From the NCBI GenBank assembly GCA_051362555.1, contig CM120640.1:20646001-20710000 (forward strand): 64,000 nt of DNA, given 5' to 3'. This DNA comes from Lingula anatina. Lineage: Eukaryota; Animalia; Brachiopoda. The translations under genes were made by a program, and so were the position numbers. Of this stretch, positions 1-15,117 are shown one piece after another (within the stretch, counting starts at the first letter, position 1; each line of letters opens with the position of its first letter). Below the pieces are notes generated by a model, which was given only the letters and a program-made list of their open reading frames with translations, was not told where the DNA came from and did no database searches.

Positions 1-353
1 TATATTTTTGTCTTATCACTTCATTTTATTTGTATTTTCTTTCTAATGCTCTAAGCAACCTCGTCTAAATGTATTTTTTAATTTCTAATTTTCAGCCATT
101 TAAATTTGCAATCTACTTATTTCCTTTTTTTCATTGCCCTTTTTTCTGACATTTTTCACCTTTCTCGGTGAAAAATATGTATTTAATCTAATCAACCACA
201 TCAAATGCGCGTAACTCGCCACCGTTCGGATGACTCACGGGGACCCTGTCCCTAATTCATCCCTCTTAATCTACGACCCCCAGTATTGAACAATCAATTT
301 AATTAAAAAAAGCGACAGTCCAGAAAGTGAAACGCGTCCCGCCGAGATCTTAC

Positions 354-462
354 CTGGGACCATATGGGGGTGATAAGGCTGATGGAAAGTCAAGATGGCT
401 GTCATTTCATCATGGTCAGCCGGATGAATGTATTCATAAATACTGTTCCCTGTCAGCTCCAC
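354..462 (-). CDS. sim: Sim PAS-A exon (109 nt); gene continues beyond the left edge of the window
   Basis: cccag| acceptor and |gtaaga donor. Encodes [36 protein letters not shown], in frame with the previous exon. Confidence 0.96.
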
Positions 463-792
463 CTGGGAATTAATTGGTTATTACGTGAATTAATAATTGA
501 TGTTGCTTTTCTCCGAGACTGGGGATGATGTAATACGTGATTTACTGGTCAAAGAGGTTATTTATCTTTTAAAATCAGTAATGTGATAATATATGATTTT
601 TGGCGATTTTTTTTTACTTTAGAAAACAAAGGACTCAACAAATTTGACTTAGCAGCTGTCATTCAGTTCAATTTTTGAAACAAAGAAAAGATAAAACAGT
701 CAACTTTCAATTTCTCCCTGGACCACCTTATAAGTCCAATTATGAAAAATATTTAACTGTGGCACCTCATTAATTTTACTTTCCCAAACTTA

Positions 793-969
<177 letters not shown>

Positions 970-1340
970 CTATTAACTGTAGCTCTTCACCTTATTATAA
1001 CCAGTTGCGATATCAAACAGGGTAAACTGGGAATGATTAAATATGTGCCGCTCTCAAAATGTAATCTATTTTGCCGATTTAACATTATTTGAAGGGGCCC
1101 TAATGGCATCGTATATTTCTAAATATTTCAACATAGATTTTGTGTTGGTTATTTTATGCCCTAAATTACAAACAACAAAAGTATAATTAATGGGTTTGTT
1201 TCAAACTTTAACCCCTGTCTGACAATATTCTTACATGAGAAGAATCCAAGAAATCCTCAAAAAGAAAAAAAAATTAAGAGAGAGAGAATAATGAAATAAA
1301 TATTTTGGGGAATATGAAACCACACACCACGCTTACTTAC

Positions 1341-1417
1341 CTGTAACAAATGCGATCCCAGATCTTTTTCTAATGGATTTTTCGGAGGTATTCTTCGTCC
1401 CCATGCGTCGCCAAGAC
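1341..1417 (-). CDS. sim: Sim linker exon (77 nt) after a 13.5-kb intron
   Basis: ttttcag| acceptor and |gtaagt donor. Phase fits the bHLH exon and gives (G)LGDAWGRRIPPKNPLEKDLGSHLLQ, matching the Sim GLGxAWG...LGSHLLQ motif. Confidence 0.96.
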
Positions 1418-4400
1418 CTGAAAAGCGGAGACTTAAAAAGATAAAAACATTTCAATTGAATTTTTAAAATCAATCTTTCTATAAATCCTTTGTCTAAGCA
1501 TAGTAAATAAAAGGGACGAAGCGTAAAAATCATACTTCACAATAAGTAGTCGTGGTGGCTACTACAATATGCTTTAAATGATAGAAAATAGGTCGCATTT
1601 ATTTTACTCAGTGAATATCTGAAAGAAACTGACCAAAACCTTTTGAAAATTGGCCCCCTTTTACTTTACATTGTATGAAGGAGCTTCGACTACCGGTTAG
1701 CAACAACAGAAATAACGATTGAAGAAATGAAAAATAAAGAAATTGCTTACAATACACTTACAATAAATCTAAATGTTATTTTTATTATTTTTTTCGCTTC
1801 CAGACTCACTGATTTTGGCAAACTACAGTACCTTTCGTATAATCTTTGTATAAAAGCTATTCCATAAATTATACTGGCACTATCTAAAACATTGGCAAGT
1901 TATCTTATCGACATATAGTATGTTTATACTTTAGATAACATCAAAACCATGTTAAATCCAAGTGAAATTTTTCGGTTTGTGTAATTTCCCCATGGATAAT
2001 CAAGAAATAAAACTAACATTGAGGGAGTTTTTCTCAATTATCTATCATAGCGAGATTTTTTAGAGAGTTTATGCATAAGTGTTTAGTTATACAGCATATA
2101 CATAAGCCTATCATTTGTGAGCGAACCCACCCAAAAGAGGTGTTACATAAGAATCAGTAATATTACGACAAAAATATTAAAGGTATCAGATTTAAATTAA
2201 TTCTTAGGTATCAAATCGTGATATGATATGATATGTCAAATTTTGGTCAAATGAACTAAGAGTCAATTGTAAACATTGCTATTTTCAATGTGCAATATAT
2301 CAACAGACATTTTATATCTTGCATATATAAGTGAAGTTAATTGTTTATGATCTTGAAATAAAAATGACATGATTTAATAATATATCAGTCCATGTGTTTA
2401 AAACCAACTGCCTTCTCGGAATTAAATACAAATGCATACTTTGCAAACATTTTTTTCTATTCCTTTTTTACCATATGTCAACTGCCATGTAATATAATGT
2501 TTGACTACAGTTGAACTTTCCACGTCTTTCCCATGTTGAAAAGTGATATGATATCGGACGAAGCCAGGTTAGCAAGAAAGTAGAACTGACGTTTCACCCA
2601 AACACCCCGTTAAAACTTTTCCTTTTCTCAACCTAGTTCTAAAGACAATTCCGCCAACCTACACATGTTAAACACTAAAAAAAAGAGAAAATTCTGTTTT
2701 CATTTTTTTTCGTCTTTCCGTCCTGGGTGACAGTAGATGTTAAGCGGCTGGTACACAGTCATACACCCGTGTCCTTGCAGTAGCTTGCCCGTCAACAACC
2801 GCCTCACGCCGCGATCTCAGCTGTGCCTTTCAGTAAAATTTAATTGGAATTTATTGAGGGGAGGGGCACTTCTTGGTGGTCGGAAGAATATCTCATTGTT
2901 GGACGCCACAAAAGGATGGGACAACCTCAATTTCAACCGATATCACAGTGTGAAGTTCTTACTAGTACACCGTAATACAATTCCCCCAAAATGTTTTTGA
3001 TGGAATTCGAGCCCCTGTGCCATTCTCCGGGACTGTTAAAATTGCTACTTCGGTTAAATTTGGATTGAAGGCTGTCTGTTGTTGAATCCAATCTAAATCT
3101 CATCCTTCTGCAAACAAATATTCAGCTTAACCTGCGGAGCTTCATAAACTACACACAGATCGAAATTTAAGCGAAATTCCTCACTCGTTCCAATCCCTGC
3201 TCTTTTATAGCCAATGCACATTCAATATGTCTTTAGATTATTGGCAGAATTTTACTACAGAGAGCTGGGTGTCATGGATGGGGATTTGAATTCGATTACT
3301 TGTTCAGATAAGATGCTGATAAAGCCCCCGTGCACCTGTGTAAGCAGAGCCACAAATGAGACTCTCAATTTTAAATTAAATTTTCTAAAGAGTGTAATGA
3401 AAATTCAAATTTGGAATCTTTCTATTGCCCAATCAACGATAAACCTGGACGAGGATAAAGCGGTTTGATAACAGTGATATAGGAATAACAACACACGGGT
3501 CAAACGGAGGGAGTATAGGGTGATAAATCAGACTGTGTCATCTCCGGAGCTAGCCTGTCAACGGGACAATGTGCTCTCAATACGGCAGAAAATTCTGTCA
3601 GCGGGAGCGCTATTGAAGACCCTCTCATACAAAGTTGACACCCGTCTTATCCGTTGACTTGGAGCGACACCTCGGTGCGAGTTCACCAGCTTGGCAATAT
3701 GTTCTCACTGCAGCAGAAAATCGTCACTCCAGGGGCATTGTCGACAGATGACGGCCATCCATCTGGGCTTTAATCTCATATGCCAATCACTTAAACGGGC
3801 CCCGTATTCTTTTTCATACCCGACTCAGTGAACCTTCGTGTAACTCTTTCCTATGGCCTCAGTGGAGCAAAACGGGTTCTGCTCAAAATTGAATAAAAAA
3901 AAAAAAAATCGGCTCGCGTTTGTAGACAGGAATAAAATGACCTACATAAGTTTTAAAACTCCGATAAAGAAATTTAAAAAATCGTGTTTAGCATTGCCCT
4001 TAACATTTAAAAATCAATAGATATTAATAGATAGAGTATATTTTTATGCTTCTGATTTCTTTGAATTACTTTGTGATTCAAATAATAAATGCACACTGCT
4101 AAATATATCACTGTAGAAACGATGGTCGCCCACGTCCATTAGATCCCCTAAAATCAGATATTTAGAATATCAATACGTAATTTTACCACTCACTTAGGCT
4201 GGGCAAACATGCGCGAGACATTTGGCTGACAAAACTGTACATGTGTATTCTAATGTCGCACACAGTTTAAAACTACCGGTCGTGGTCTGTTGGTTTTTAA
4301 AGTGTTTGCATTGTTACATTTGCTTATCTGTAACACAGAATTATATTGATATTCGTCGAACGCATTGAAATGCGCCTATATACTGAACCCCTCACGTTAT

Positions 4401-7400
4401 TGACGGGGTTGATGGAATGTCTTGCCAGGCATTATATCCACCGGAACTAAGTCAACTTAAATGTCTCTTTTAAAAGCCATAAATTGTAAACATTTTACAA
4501 GTTACTTAAGTTACTGCATTAAAAAATTGTTACGACATCGGTTTGCGATTTTTGTTTTCGTACATTCGTTTCTGTCCGCGAATGAATTATGGTGAATGGT
4601 GGGCGTTTACGACCAGTCGTAAATATTGAAGCTTGACAAAAATAATCATCCATTTCAATTAACTTGAATCTGGACATTCTGGTCAAACAATAACCACAGA
4701 CAAGGTCTTCTCTTCCGTCCCTTCTGCGTAAATCGAGAGTGAAACCCATGTAAACATTGCATTTCGCGGGGCCTGCAGCCCAGCCACGAATTTATCAACG
4801 ACAGCACGATTTTAAACCGCGGCGCTGTCCATATAGGACTGCTCAATATAGCAATCTATTTGTTCCCCTCCTTCCATTATATTTGTTTGCAGTGGGCCAT
4901 TTGTGGTGACAAAGTATCTCTCCGTTTAGACAAGATAGAATCGGCCCATTTAAAATGGTGGGTGGCCTCTTTTGGTTTTGTTCAGAGAATGCTATATTAT
5001 TTTCTTCTCAGACACCCAGCTTTTCAAAATAAAATAAAAAAGTTGTATTTTTCATGTTGAATCAAAATATGGGACCAAAAAAGACCCATAAAGGACTTAT
5101 ATAATTTTTATGAATATACATCTAACCAAAAAATGTCGCTTATTGTGTATTTATTCCCGATCCCTAGTTGCCCCACCCTTCTATTGCCCTTTTCCCTTTC
5201 TTAAAATATCAGCCGCGACGAATTCATATATATAACAAAGATGTGCTTTTCATGAAAAGAAATGCTCTAAAACGGCTCCAGGTGTATAAAACCCCTCAGT
5301 CCACAGTCCTTCACTACGGGGCATTGTCATATTCCACAGCAATATTACTGAGCGTATCTCAATTACAGTCATGAATTAATAAGCCCAATTGACTTGAATT
5401 TCCCTCGGTGGAGAGACTTGAGGAAAAGATAGGCAGGTCTTTGTCAACACAACGCTGGGCCGACTTCAGACCTCGCAGCTGGAGCAAATATTGGCTCAAG
5501 GTCTCCAATACGGGCCCAGACCTCTCAGGATCTGCTTGGTCAAGTGGCGAAATTGCAGCAATTAAAAAGGTGGGGAAGAAGGGAGAAGTATTGCGCCCTG
5601 TGTCAATAATCGGTATGACCATTGGTCAGGGATTGGATCCGCGCTTTCCAATGCAACTGGTCAGCAGCATCCCGAGTATTCATAAACAGAGGAGAGAGTT
5701 GGTTTGTCAATAAAACATCATGTACTTTAACTAAATAAAATTGGAAATTAGGAAAGAAAATTACAACCCAATTTAATGAGATAACATTAATTTGCTGGCT
5801 CTCTTTCCTACTTTTACAAAAATGATTTTTTACAGAATCATAAACCTCTCCCCAATTTATTTTGAAAAAACAATCACAATCACAACAAGAAAAATTCTTT
5901 GATGAAAAAACACTTCATTTTGCCTAATATTTCGTAATAGAACTGCATCATAATATGTTGACCCCCTCTTTTTTTCTTTTTGTTGCACGGGTCCCCTCAC
6001 ACTGTGTTTCGAACCTTGTTCTTTTCTTCCTTTGAACCATAACGACAGCCTGCCCGTGGTTCACGATATCATGTTTACAAGCCTTATTTTCTGCCTAGCT
6101 AGTTTGCTTGTAACCCTACAGAAAGCGATCTGGTCTTTTCAATTAAATTGTTGTGACATATGGAAATTTAAACTTGATAGATTGGATTAAAACAAATGGA
6201 GTCGAACATAATCAGTTCGACAAAAGGTGGAAGGCAATTGTCTCGTATTCAATACATGAAAACCCTAACCCCTATTTAAAAGTCGTTTTAAGGTCGTTTA
6301 ATGAATTTTGAATTTCCTTTTTGATTGATGATTATTTTAGCTTCATCTACGCGAGGCTAATGGGCTGAGGGGTTCGATAATTGTTTATTAAATTCAAATA
6401 AACGCCAGCCTTGATTTATTTTGGTTGAATTCCGTAAACAGAAAGAAAAAAAAACATCAGCTGAAAGCAGCCCTCCAAAGTAGACGCTCTTTCTACACAG
6501 ACGCGGCAGTACTAGTACATTAATTGTCAAGCAACTGCTTTCCTCTCCGCACTGCCCGATACCTGGGCACGCTAACGCGCTAACACGGTCATTGTGTCTA
6601 GAGGACGTCTGGTTTTCTTTTAGCGCACTCTTTCATACCTGATTCTAAAGGAAACAATACCTTGTTCGGTAACGAATAAACACGGGTTGCATTGCATGTC
6701 TATATTTTCCTCCTTCTCCGATAAGAAAAGACGAATAGAATTCAGAGATCAAAGCCGCAGGACACACGGGGTTTACCTACAGAGTGGGGAAATAGGAGAT
6801 GTGTTCGACAAAAAATGGCATTCCTTTAATAACTCAAGTGACATTTTTATATAATTAGGTCGGTTCCACGTCGGTCGTGTTCTATCAATAAGTGCAACGA
6901 GTGTATGTGTGGGACTGACATTGAGCAAAATGCTCACAGACTTACACGGATTAAGAAAGAGAGTTACATGACTTTGGTACAGCATTCACTCGATTCTGAC
7001 GAGGACATAAATTACAAACTTTCCCTGCTCTTTCGTTTCTTAGGGTCAACGAGTACTGCATACCTAAGTTCTTATCAACTTTGCTACGGACCAGAATTGA
7101 ACTATTTGTTTTGATCCTATCTACCAGTGTAATGACCGCATAGGGTCGCATGACAAAACGTGCATGCATTTGACACTAAAATAATTCCAGTGCCGCCAAA
7201 ATACTGTCTTTCATAGTAGTTCTATGATACTTAAATAATATAAATCTTGCTTTCGCCCTATTTCAGGTCGCTTTGGTGAGTCACATTTTAATATGTAAAT
7301 AGATATGATACAGGATAAATAAAAGACGTGTTGCCTCTTAGACCCATGTAGCTTTAATTATTTTGATTTTAAAAAATCTACCACGTGTATTTTAGTTGTG

Positions 7401-10400
7401 ACAGCCACGTTGGAATTGTTTATTTATATTTTTGTCTCTTTGAACAACAGACAACAGTTGATAATAAGCTTCGTGCATTTTTTTTACCATTTTCTTGAAT
7501 ATTATCAACTTCTGAGTTAATAAATATATTTGATCCATTTTAACTGCAGCTAGACACTATCATGTATATAGTAACAAGAAACCGGCCCGCTATCAAATTC
7601 AACTTCAAATTCGCAGAACTGAGGAGCAAGTTAATGAGTTGCGAAAATGGCGCGCGTCAGTGAAAATGAAAAATAACGTGACCTTTCCCACTAGGGTTCA
7701 GTCGACGAGGTCCCGCAGTGACCTACAGCGGTATATAAAATCGATCTTGTTGTGGAAAATTATTATATTTTAACGGTGAATGCTGTCTGGCCTATTGGAC
7801 CTGCCCGGTAATAACATGCAATACCAACAATTGAAAAGGGGGGCAAAGAATACACGACGCTTACTTTGCACACCGAGGGAGTGCGGGTCTTAAGTGACAG
7901 AACACATAACAGCAAGAAACAATGCGCTTGTCTGGAATAGTTATTTCTACACAATTAAATAATCGACAAATCCGCGATGAAAAGCCGAGGTATATTTAGT
8001 GAAATGGCGGTTGGGATATCAATGGTTGCCTGAGTGATTCTCGTGAAATAATGTTTAGACGAAACACAATGGGAACGCTCAAAGAGAACCAGTCACCGAG
8101 CCGACTCAGATCAACAAATAGCCCCCGGGTATAAAGAAAAACTATATAACAGGCCTGCGGCGTACAAGGTGGCCGCAGCGCCACTGTTTTCTCTTAAGAA
8201 GTGTCAGAGGGGAACGTTGTGTCAAACGTGATCGCCATAATGCCGCACATCTTGGCGGGTTAATTGTTAATCAAATAGTTACGTCGCAGTCACAGGCTGG
8301 AAAGCAGCAAAGGTCAAGTTAGGCGTTAGTTTTCAACCTTTGTGTTGAAGATTTCTTTATTATGGAACCACCTTGCCCTCTTTTCATGTGTTCATTTCGA
8401 CACCCTTTTTATATACCATACCAGCTCACTTGTTCATCTACGTTAAACGGCCCCACCCTTTCCGACCCCCATGTCCATACCATCGTGCATAATATACCGC
8501 AGGTAGCCTGTCAACCGTATTGTCTACTCATAACACGAATACATTTGAAAACAGTTTTACTTTTGTTCAGAAACAGAGACAATTATTACTTGACCGTGTG
8601 TCCTTAAGACACATTTCAAAGTTTAGATACGTGACCACACTGAAGAAAAACTTTCCACCTCCGATGCCCTGTCATCTTTAGAGCCCCCTTCTTGATTCGT
8701 TCACGTTCTCGACCCTTTCTCCAACCTTTAACCCCCCATACCTCACAAATTAAAGCATAAACATTGATAGAAATAAAACATTCTAATGCAGCTTTAAATG
8801 AGATATTTTTTTCTTTTGAATGATACTTTCTTTACAACCCTACCCTCTCAGTAAATTGTTTAAATGATATCAGCAAGGTTAGCAGTGTCCAGTTTTCAGA
8901 TCGCGGTCTCCCGCTGACCTGGTGTCACCTCCCTGGGCAAGTTAATACGTGATCAACTCACACTCGCCACAATCAATCCAATCACGTACGATTTATCACA
9001 ACAAATCGAATGACATGTATTACATTACATCTGACGGAAACACACTGACAGTCAAGTACAATGGGTAAAAAATACATGGCTATTTGTACTATAGACTACA
9101 TCCGTTTTTTGGAGTCGGCAGATAAGGCAGATAGCATTCTAAAATATTTGAAAAAAACTCAATCTGAAAAATCTTTGGCCCTCAGCTGTTGTTTTTCATT
9201 CTTTGATACTTGCATTACAATTCGAACTAGTTAAAATTCTTTCCATTATTATTTTTCTGAACATTTTATCCCTTTTTCGTCTCTTTTTATCAACACCCCC
9301 TCACCAATTCTCAAATAACGTTTAGATTATTTTTGTTTGCATAGTACGTCACGTGCGTGTTTTATCAGATAATCAATAAATGCACATTTTAAACTGTTAA
9401 ACTTTAACCACGACCTCCCAGACAAAATTTATTTTTTCTATCTAAAACTTTACAAGAGGGCCAAATTTGAGGATGATTTATTCATGTTTTGCCAAGATTT
9501 GGGATTTTAAATTTTCCAGGTGTAAAGTGTCCTCTTGAAAAAAGATATAAAATTAAACTGTCTGTTAGAGGAATGAATTACTATAAAAAAAAAACATCAC
9601 ATACTCGGATAGAATTGCTTGTTTTTGAGTACTGCGTGATAAACAAATCAGCATTTGGTTCTCATTCAACAGTCGAGTTTTGTTGACATTTAAAATACGC
9701 CATTTCTCGTGTTACAAGCTATGACCCGTGCAGGAGAATACTCTCTGCGCCATCGCTGTTGTCGAAATATTTTTTCTTTGCATAAGATTATTCAACACAA
9801 TTTCAAAGGTCCTATCTCTGATGTAAGATCATCATTTATTATTCAATTGTAATATTTTTATATTATTTTATTCGCGTTTCTTTTTATCCTTTTAAATTTA
9901 TTTTTTAGCCATCATATTTACTATTTCTTATTATGTCTGCTTGTAAGTCTGCTCCAGCCGCAGTAACAGGAAAAAATTCTCTGCGCAGTTTTTAATCATC
10001 TGGCATACTTATGATATTGAGTGTTACTGTCCAATTATAATTATCTGAATGCAAGAGATATGAGTCCTGAAAGTATACACCAGGGATTTCAGCTTTTTTT
10101 GCCAGTAAGTTCCAGGTGACCAATAAACACGTCCTAATCAGCAATAAAAAAATTCAAAGTGAAATATTTTCATTAAAACTTACTTATTTGTGAGATAATT
10201 TTCATTTGAACCTTATCTACTAAAAAGTTTTATTTGTCCAAAATTATACTCTTCCTATTGTCTAACACAACATTAATTCCAATACTTTCTTGTGCAGTAT
10301 TAGAGATAAAAATTCCTATATATATATTTCCAATATGTTCGTCGCAATATTGGGTTACGATTCAATTTTATTAGTTCTCAGAATTAAGAAATTTTCACAA

Positions 10401-11171
10401 GAGAAGTTGTCGGCGCATGGGGGTACTTGTGTTCTTACACACAGACCCACATACATACAGTACCGACCACATATTCTACCATACACACCTTCACAAAGTC
10501 CACCACAGCTTTGAATCTGAGTTTTGCGTAACTGGACAAATAAATCACAAGATGAATAATTTATAAAGTGACTGGAGCTGCTATTGAGGGGGATAAACGA
10601 CACTAGTTTGGTCACTTGAATGCGCTCACTGGGGTGGTTTTGTAGCCGGGCACAATGGTCACTTCATTGACCACCCCTATGCGGACAACACACCTGGGTT
10701 TGGTCGGCCACCTCTGTTGAAAAGCCTTATTAAGTAACTCTGGTGCTGCCAGCTCTATTCTCAGGAGTCTCTTTCACAGACTTAAATATTGGTCGGATTT
10801 CCAACACAAATTAGCCTGTTACAACATTTCCAATCCCGTGGCATACCGAACCTTGAATCATTGGCAAAATGTTAAATTCTTTAAAAATTCTTTAAAAAGG
10901 ACATATTCCTGGACATAAATGTTATTGAGAATAACTTTGTATTTTTTAGAAGAATTAGGGCATACCATGGCTTCTTACCAAGTTTGTCATTCTTGTCTGA
11001 TATCCCTCTTCTGAAAACAAGGACCAGTCTAAGCAAAGGCTAGGGATAATCCCGTCCTATATAAAACATTCGTACCACCTGTACAGTTGACCTTCGGTCA
11101 CTGTTAATTGTCACAATTTGATATTTATATTCGACAAATTTTCCAAGTGTACCAAAATTCCCCTAAGAATA

Positions 11172-11213
11172 AATTTTGATATAATCTATAATAATTTTGA
11201 TATAATCTATAAT
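11172..11213 (+). repeat. 21-bp perfect tandem duplication
   Basis: AATTTTGATATAATCTATAAT occurs twice in a row. Confidence 0.9.
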
Positions 11214-14200
11214 ACGTAATAATCTTCAAACCACTTTCTTTCACTCCGGGCCATAATACGCCTGTGACTAGGTCAGTTTCACAGTGGTCACTCTAAAGCT
11301 TGGTTAACATGGACCAGTGGTCGTGATATTGATCAGATTTTATTTAGTTATCAAGAGTAATATGGCGGATGCAACCATGTTTCTTCTAGTATATACTTAG
11401 GCCGTTTATTTGGCTACAAATAATGCGCTGAAATTAATCGGTTTGCTGTGATCGAATATTCTAGGCTGAAGTGGAGGTCTGGCAATAAACACGTAATAAG
11501 CGTTGACAAGGCGGGCACATTACTCGGTCAAATAAACTTGGGTCTGGCCACATTTGCTCATGAGACTAATATAGCCACCTCTGTTTGACTGTGTCTATGT
11601 ACAGAATAAAACCCAGACATCTTTTCACTACTTTCCGGTAGTTATATCGTTGACGGGATTAATACACCTAGCTACTGTGCTTGAATCGAGGGTTATGTAG
11701 TCTTAAACTATTTGCACAAATCTACACTGAAAGACAAAATTGATCGAGGGAAACTTCAGACGGACAAGTTGTATGAAGCCCACAGGGTGAGCTGAATACC
11801 CGCCTTAATCCCATGAACTAGCGCGAAATGGTTTTAGACAATATTCGATCGAACATTAATTGCAAAATCCCATCTTAATAGTATCATCTATTCAAAGAAC
11901 GTTACCAGTTTAGGAATCACGGCTGCTGGTCTTTTTATTTCAAGTGGCAAAAATAAAACAGATCAGTTTTTTACTGTTATTTTATTTTTGGTGAACCATG
12001 ATTCCGAGAGCTAGGTCTATTTCAAATAATCCTACTGCGCAAGAAAAAAAAACACATAACTTTCAGCGAAGATATATTTTAGATTTCACTTTCGGGCTAT
12101 TTAATTTTTAACATTTATATCCTTCCTAATTATAAAAATATTTTTTTCATTTCAACTCTCCCATTAAAGAGCATGACAGACTAACCCTTCCCTGCAATAG
12201 ACACATTATGTTTCACCCAGTCAAAAGAAAAACCTTAATAATACCAGAGAATAATTTCCCTATTTCTGTTACATCAAAAGAAAGACTGAGAAAATTTTCC
12301 CTGGTCATGCGACCCGTATTCTTCTAAAGCAACAAAGCTGTCAAGTTAGGAAATTAAATACGTACTCGGATCATTTGAGAGCCTTAAAAACATTCGGGAC
12401 ATTGGGTATAAAACAATTTGTTTACCGCAAAAACAATGCCCTAGTTTTCTATTATGTGCAATTTAAAACTCTACAAAACATGCATTAATCGAGATCTCCC
12501 TTATGGAAATAGTTATGTTTATATGGATTTTTAATATATCTCGATGACAATTTATATTAAACTTAACTTTAAAATATTAAATGGAATCCAATCGTACAAC
12601 CGTGAAAAACGAGGACAAAAAATATATTGTATAACAAAATAGACTGTAATTTTTTTAAAATTAAAAAAATAATCGTATATACATTTGTCACGTAAAATAT
12701 ATAGTTAATCGAAGTATTTTGTTCCTTACATTAGTTGAAAAAAATCGTATAAAAATGTGGGTCGGTTTCCTTATATCACAAACCCATATTCTAGTTTAAA
12801 CATGAATATCATGTTTTTTAACTCAGCTGTTTAATATAGAAATTATTCATTCAAATTATTTTTAAATTAGTATCCCATGACTGAGATTTAAAATTTCATT
12901 TTAAGAAGAAACAGATTCTTAAATACCTTTGCAGCCTTAATTTTTTTCAGATAAAATATACTCACTTTTTATAGAGGTATCAATAAATATATATTTCTAC
13001 ATGCAAAGAAATTTTTTTATCAGTTGGGTTTACTTAGTTTTCTTTTATAGAAACGGACATTATTCACAATTCAAAAGTGTCTAACATTTAAACTTGCATG
13101 TCAAGTTAGAGAAAAACAAATATTTAATACCAACCTACTAGTAAGGTTAACGACAATTATACCAAGTTAATGGTATCGAAGAGTTATATAACGATACATT
13201 TGTTTGATGTTCTACATCCAAATCGTAAATCCACAGCGCTTCCGTCGAGAGCGTCGATTTATTGGAATTCTGGCGCTTTATCTCTCCTCTTGATCACTAC
13301 TAATCACTTTATCCAACAATAAGTATTGTCTAGAGGTGTCCAGACCAAACGTGATTAAGCCAGGACGATTGGGTCAAATGAAATTAACTTACCTCGGCTC
13401 AACGTAAAATTAATAGTATCAGTCAACAATATTTTTCACGCCTCCCGTGTGAGGTAATAGATGTGACGCAATAGGTTGGAATGTACAAAGATAAATTAAG
13501 CAATGATGATATTTACATTGGTGACTTTAGATGGTGGTATTTACATGGGAGCAATTAATTTGAGTGGAATAAACACACAGTAACATCGAATGGAATTTTT
13601 CAAAAAAAATAAAAGATTAAATAAAATATATTATGTAAGTTACAAAATAACTGAGATTTTCTGCTTACAAGATTTTTTTCATAATTTGAGTTAGTGGAGC
13701 AATGTACAAGTACACTCCCCTAGAAATTTCTAAATCGGTCCTGTCCTTGATGAACTCCGAGTTACCGAGATGCCTTGCATGGTAATTTAGATTTTAATTT
13801 GGTGTTGTAAATATTTCTCTGTGATGTTGGGGAGGGCCGGCGACACGCATGATAAAGAATCGAGGGAAATTACCCAAGTAACTAGAGAGGTAACAGAGTG
13901 CATTGCAACAGAGCAGTTTAAATTTGTAGTTTTTTTCAACGATTTTCACGAAAAACAGGAAAAAATACGTCTAATTTTGAACTGTTAATTATGCTTCAAA
14001 TTTAGGTCATTCTGAGCATGTTGCTTTTCTTAGATTTAAATATATTTAGTGTGTGTTCACCAGCTCTTCACAGTGCCTAAACATATAGAAAGTTGGTAAA
14101 TTATTGCTACCCTACACAATTTGTAAACTGTTATTTGATCTCTCTTAGTACCCATGTCTTTCTCTCTCTCTCTTTTTGTGAATATTTTAAAGGGTAACTT

Positions 14201-14907
14201 GACCTCTCTCGCTATTGCTCTGTTTATTAGTTTCCCTCTTTTCATGCCCACTCTCTCTCTCTCTTTGATTTAGCAAGTTTAATGGGTCCTATTTAATCCA
14301 GAATTGCAGATTAAAATAATTTTAGATTAATTAGTTATTTATTTACTGTAAAGGTTTTATGTTATGATTAACCCAAATATACGGATGTCCTATTTAAATA
14401 AACAATAACTTAACCCACGAAGTAGGCTAAAATACAAAACTAAGTGATCATTTTGAACTCCCTTAATTTTTGTCTCTCTTAAATATATGTATCGTAATAA
14501 TATTATGTGCTATTGCTACATGCAAATCTGACATTCGTTTTCCTCTCAAGAGGCGCTCAATAAATGTAGTCTTAAAATAAGGCCTAACATATAATTGATG
14601 ACCTTGATAGCCTTGTTTCACCCTCAGTAGTGTCATATATATAAACAAGACAGCAATTCATACCCAGACCATGCAGGTCCGACACAAATACTTACAACCT
14701 TTGTTTTTTCTAAGCGCCTCATATAAGTTTTCAGTTTACTATTCCAAGCAAGCCGGATGATAAAATGAACCAATATGGAGTCGCTGTCGGATCGTCAGGT
14801 ACGATGACGGGGCAGATATCGTAGAAGTACAGCACTGATACTTCATTGTGCAAACCACTAAAACTGGGACAAGAGTTAAACTGTGGCTCCTGTCCCTGCC
14901 AGATTCA

Positions 14908-15117
<210 letters not shown>

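Noticed and set aside
5408-5713. 101-aa plus-strand ORF inside the sim intron
   Set aside because: GTG start, no recognisable domain, no exon partners; likely chance in a GC-richer patch.
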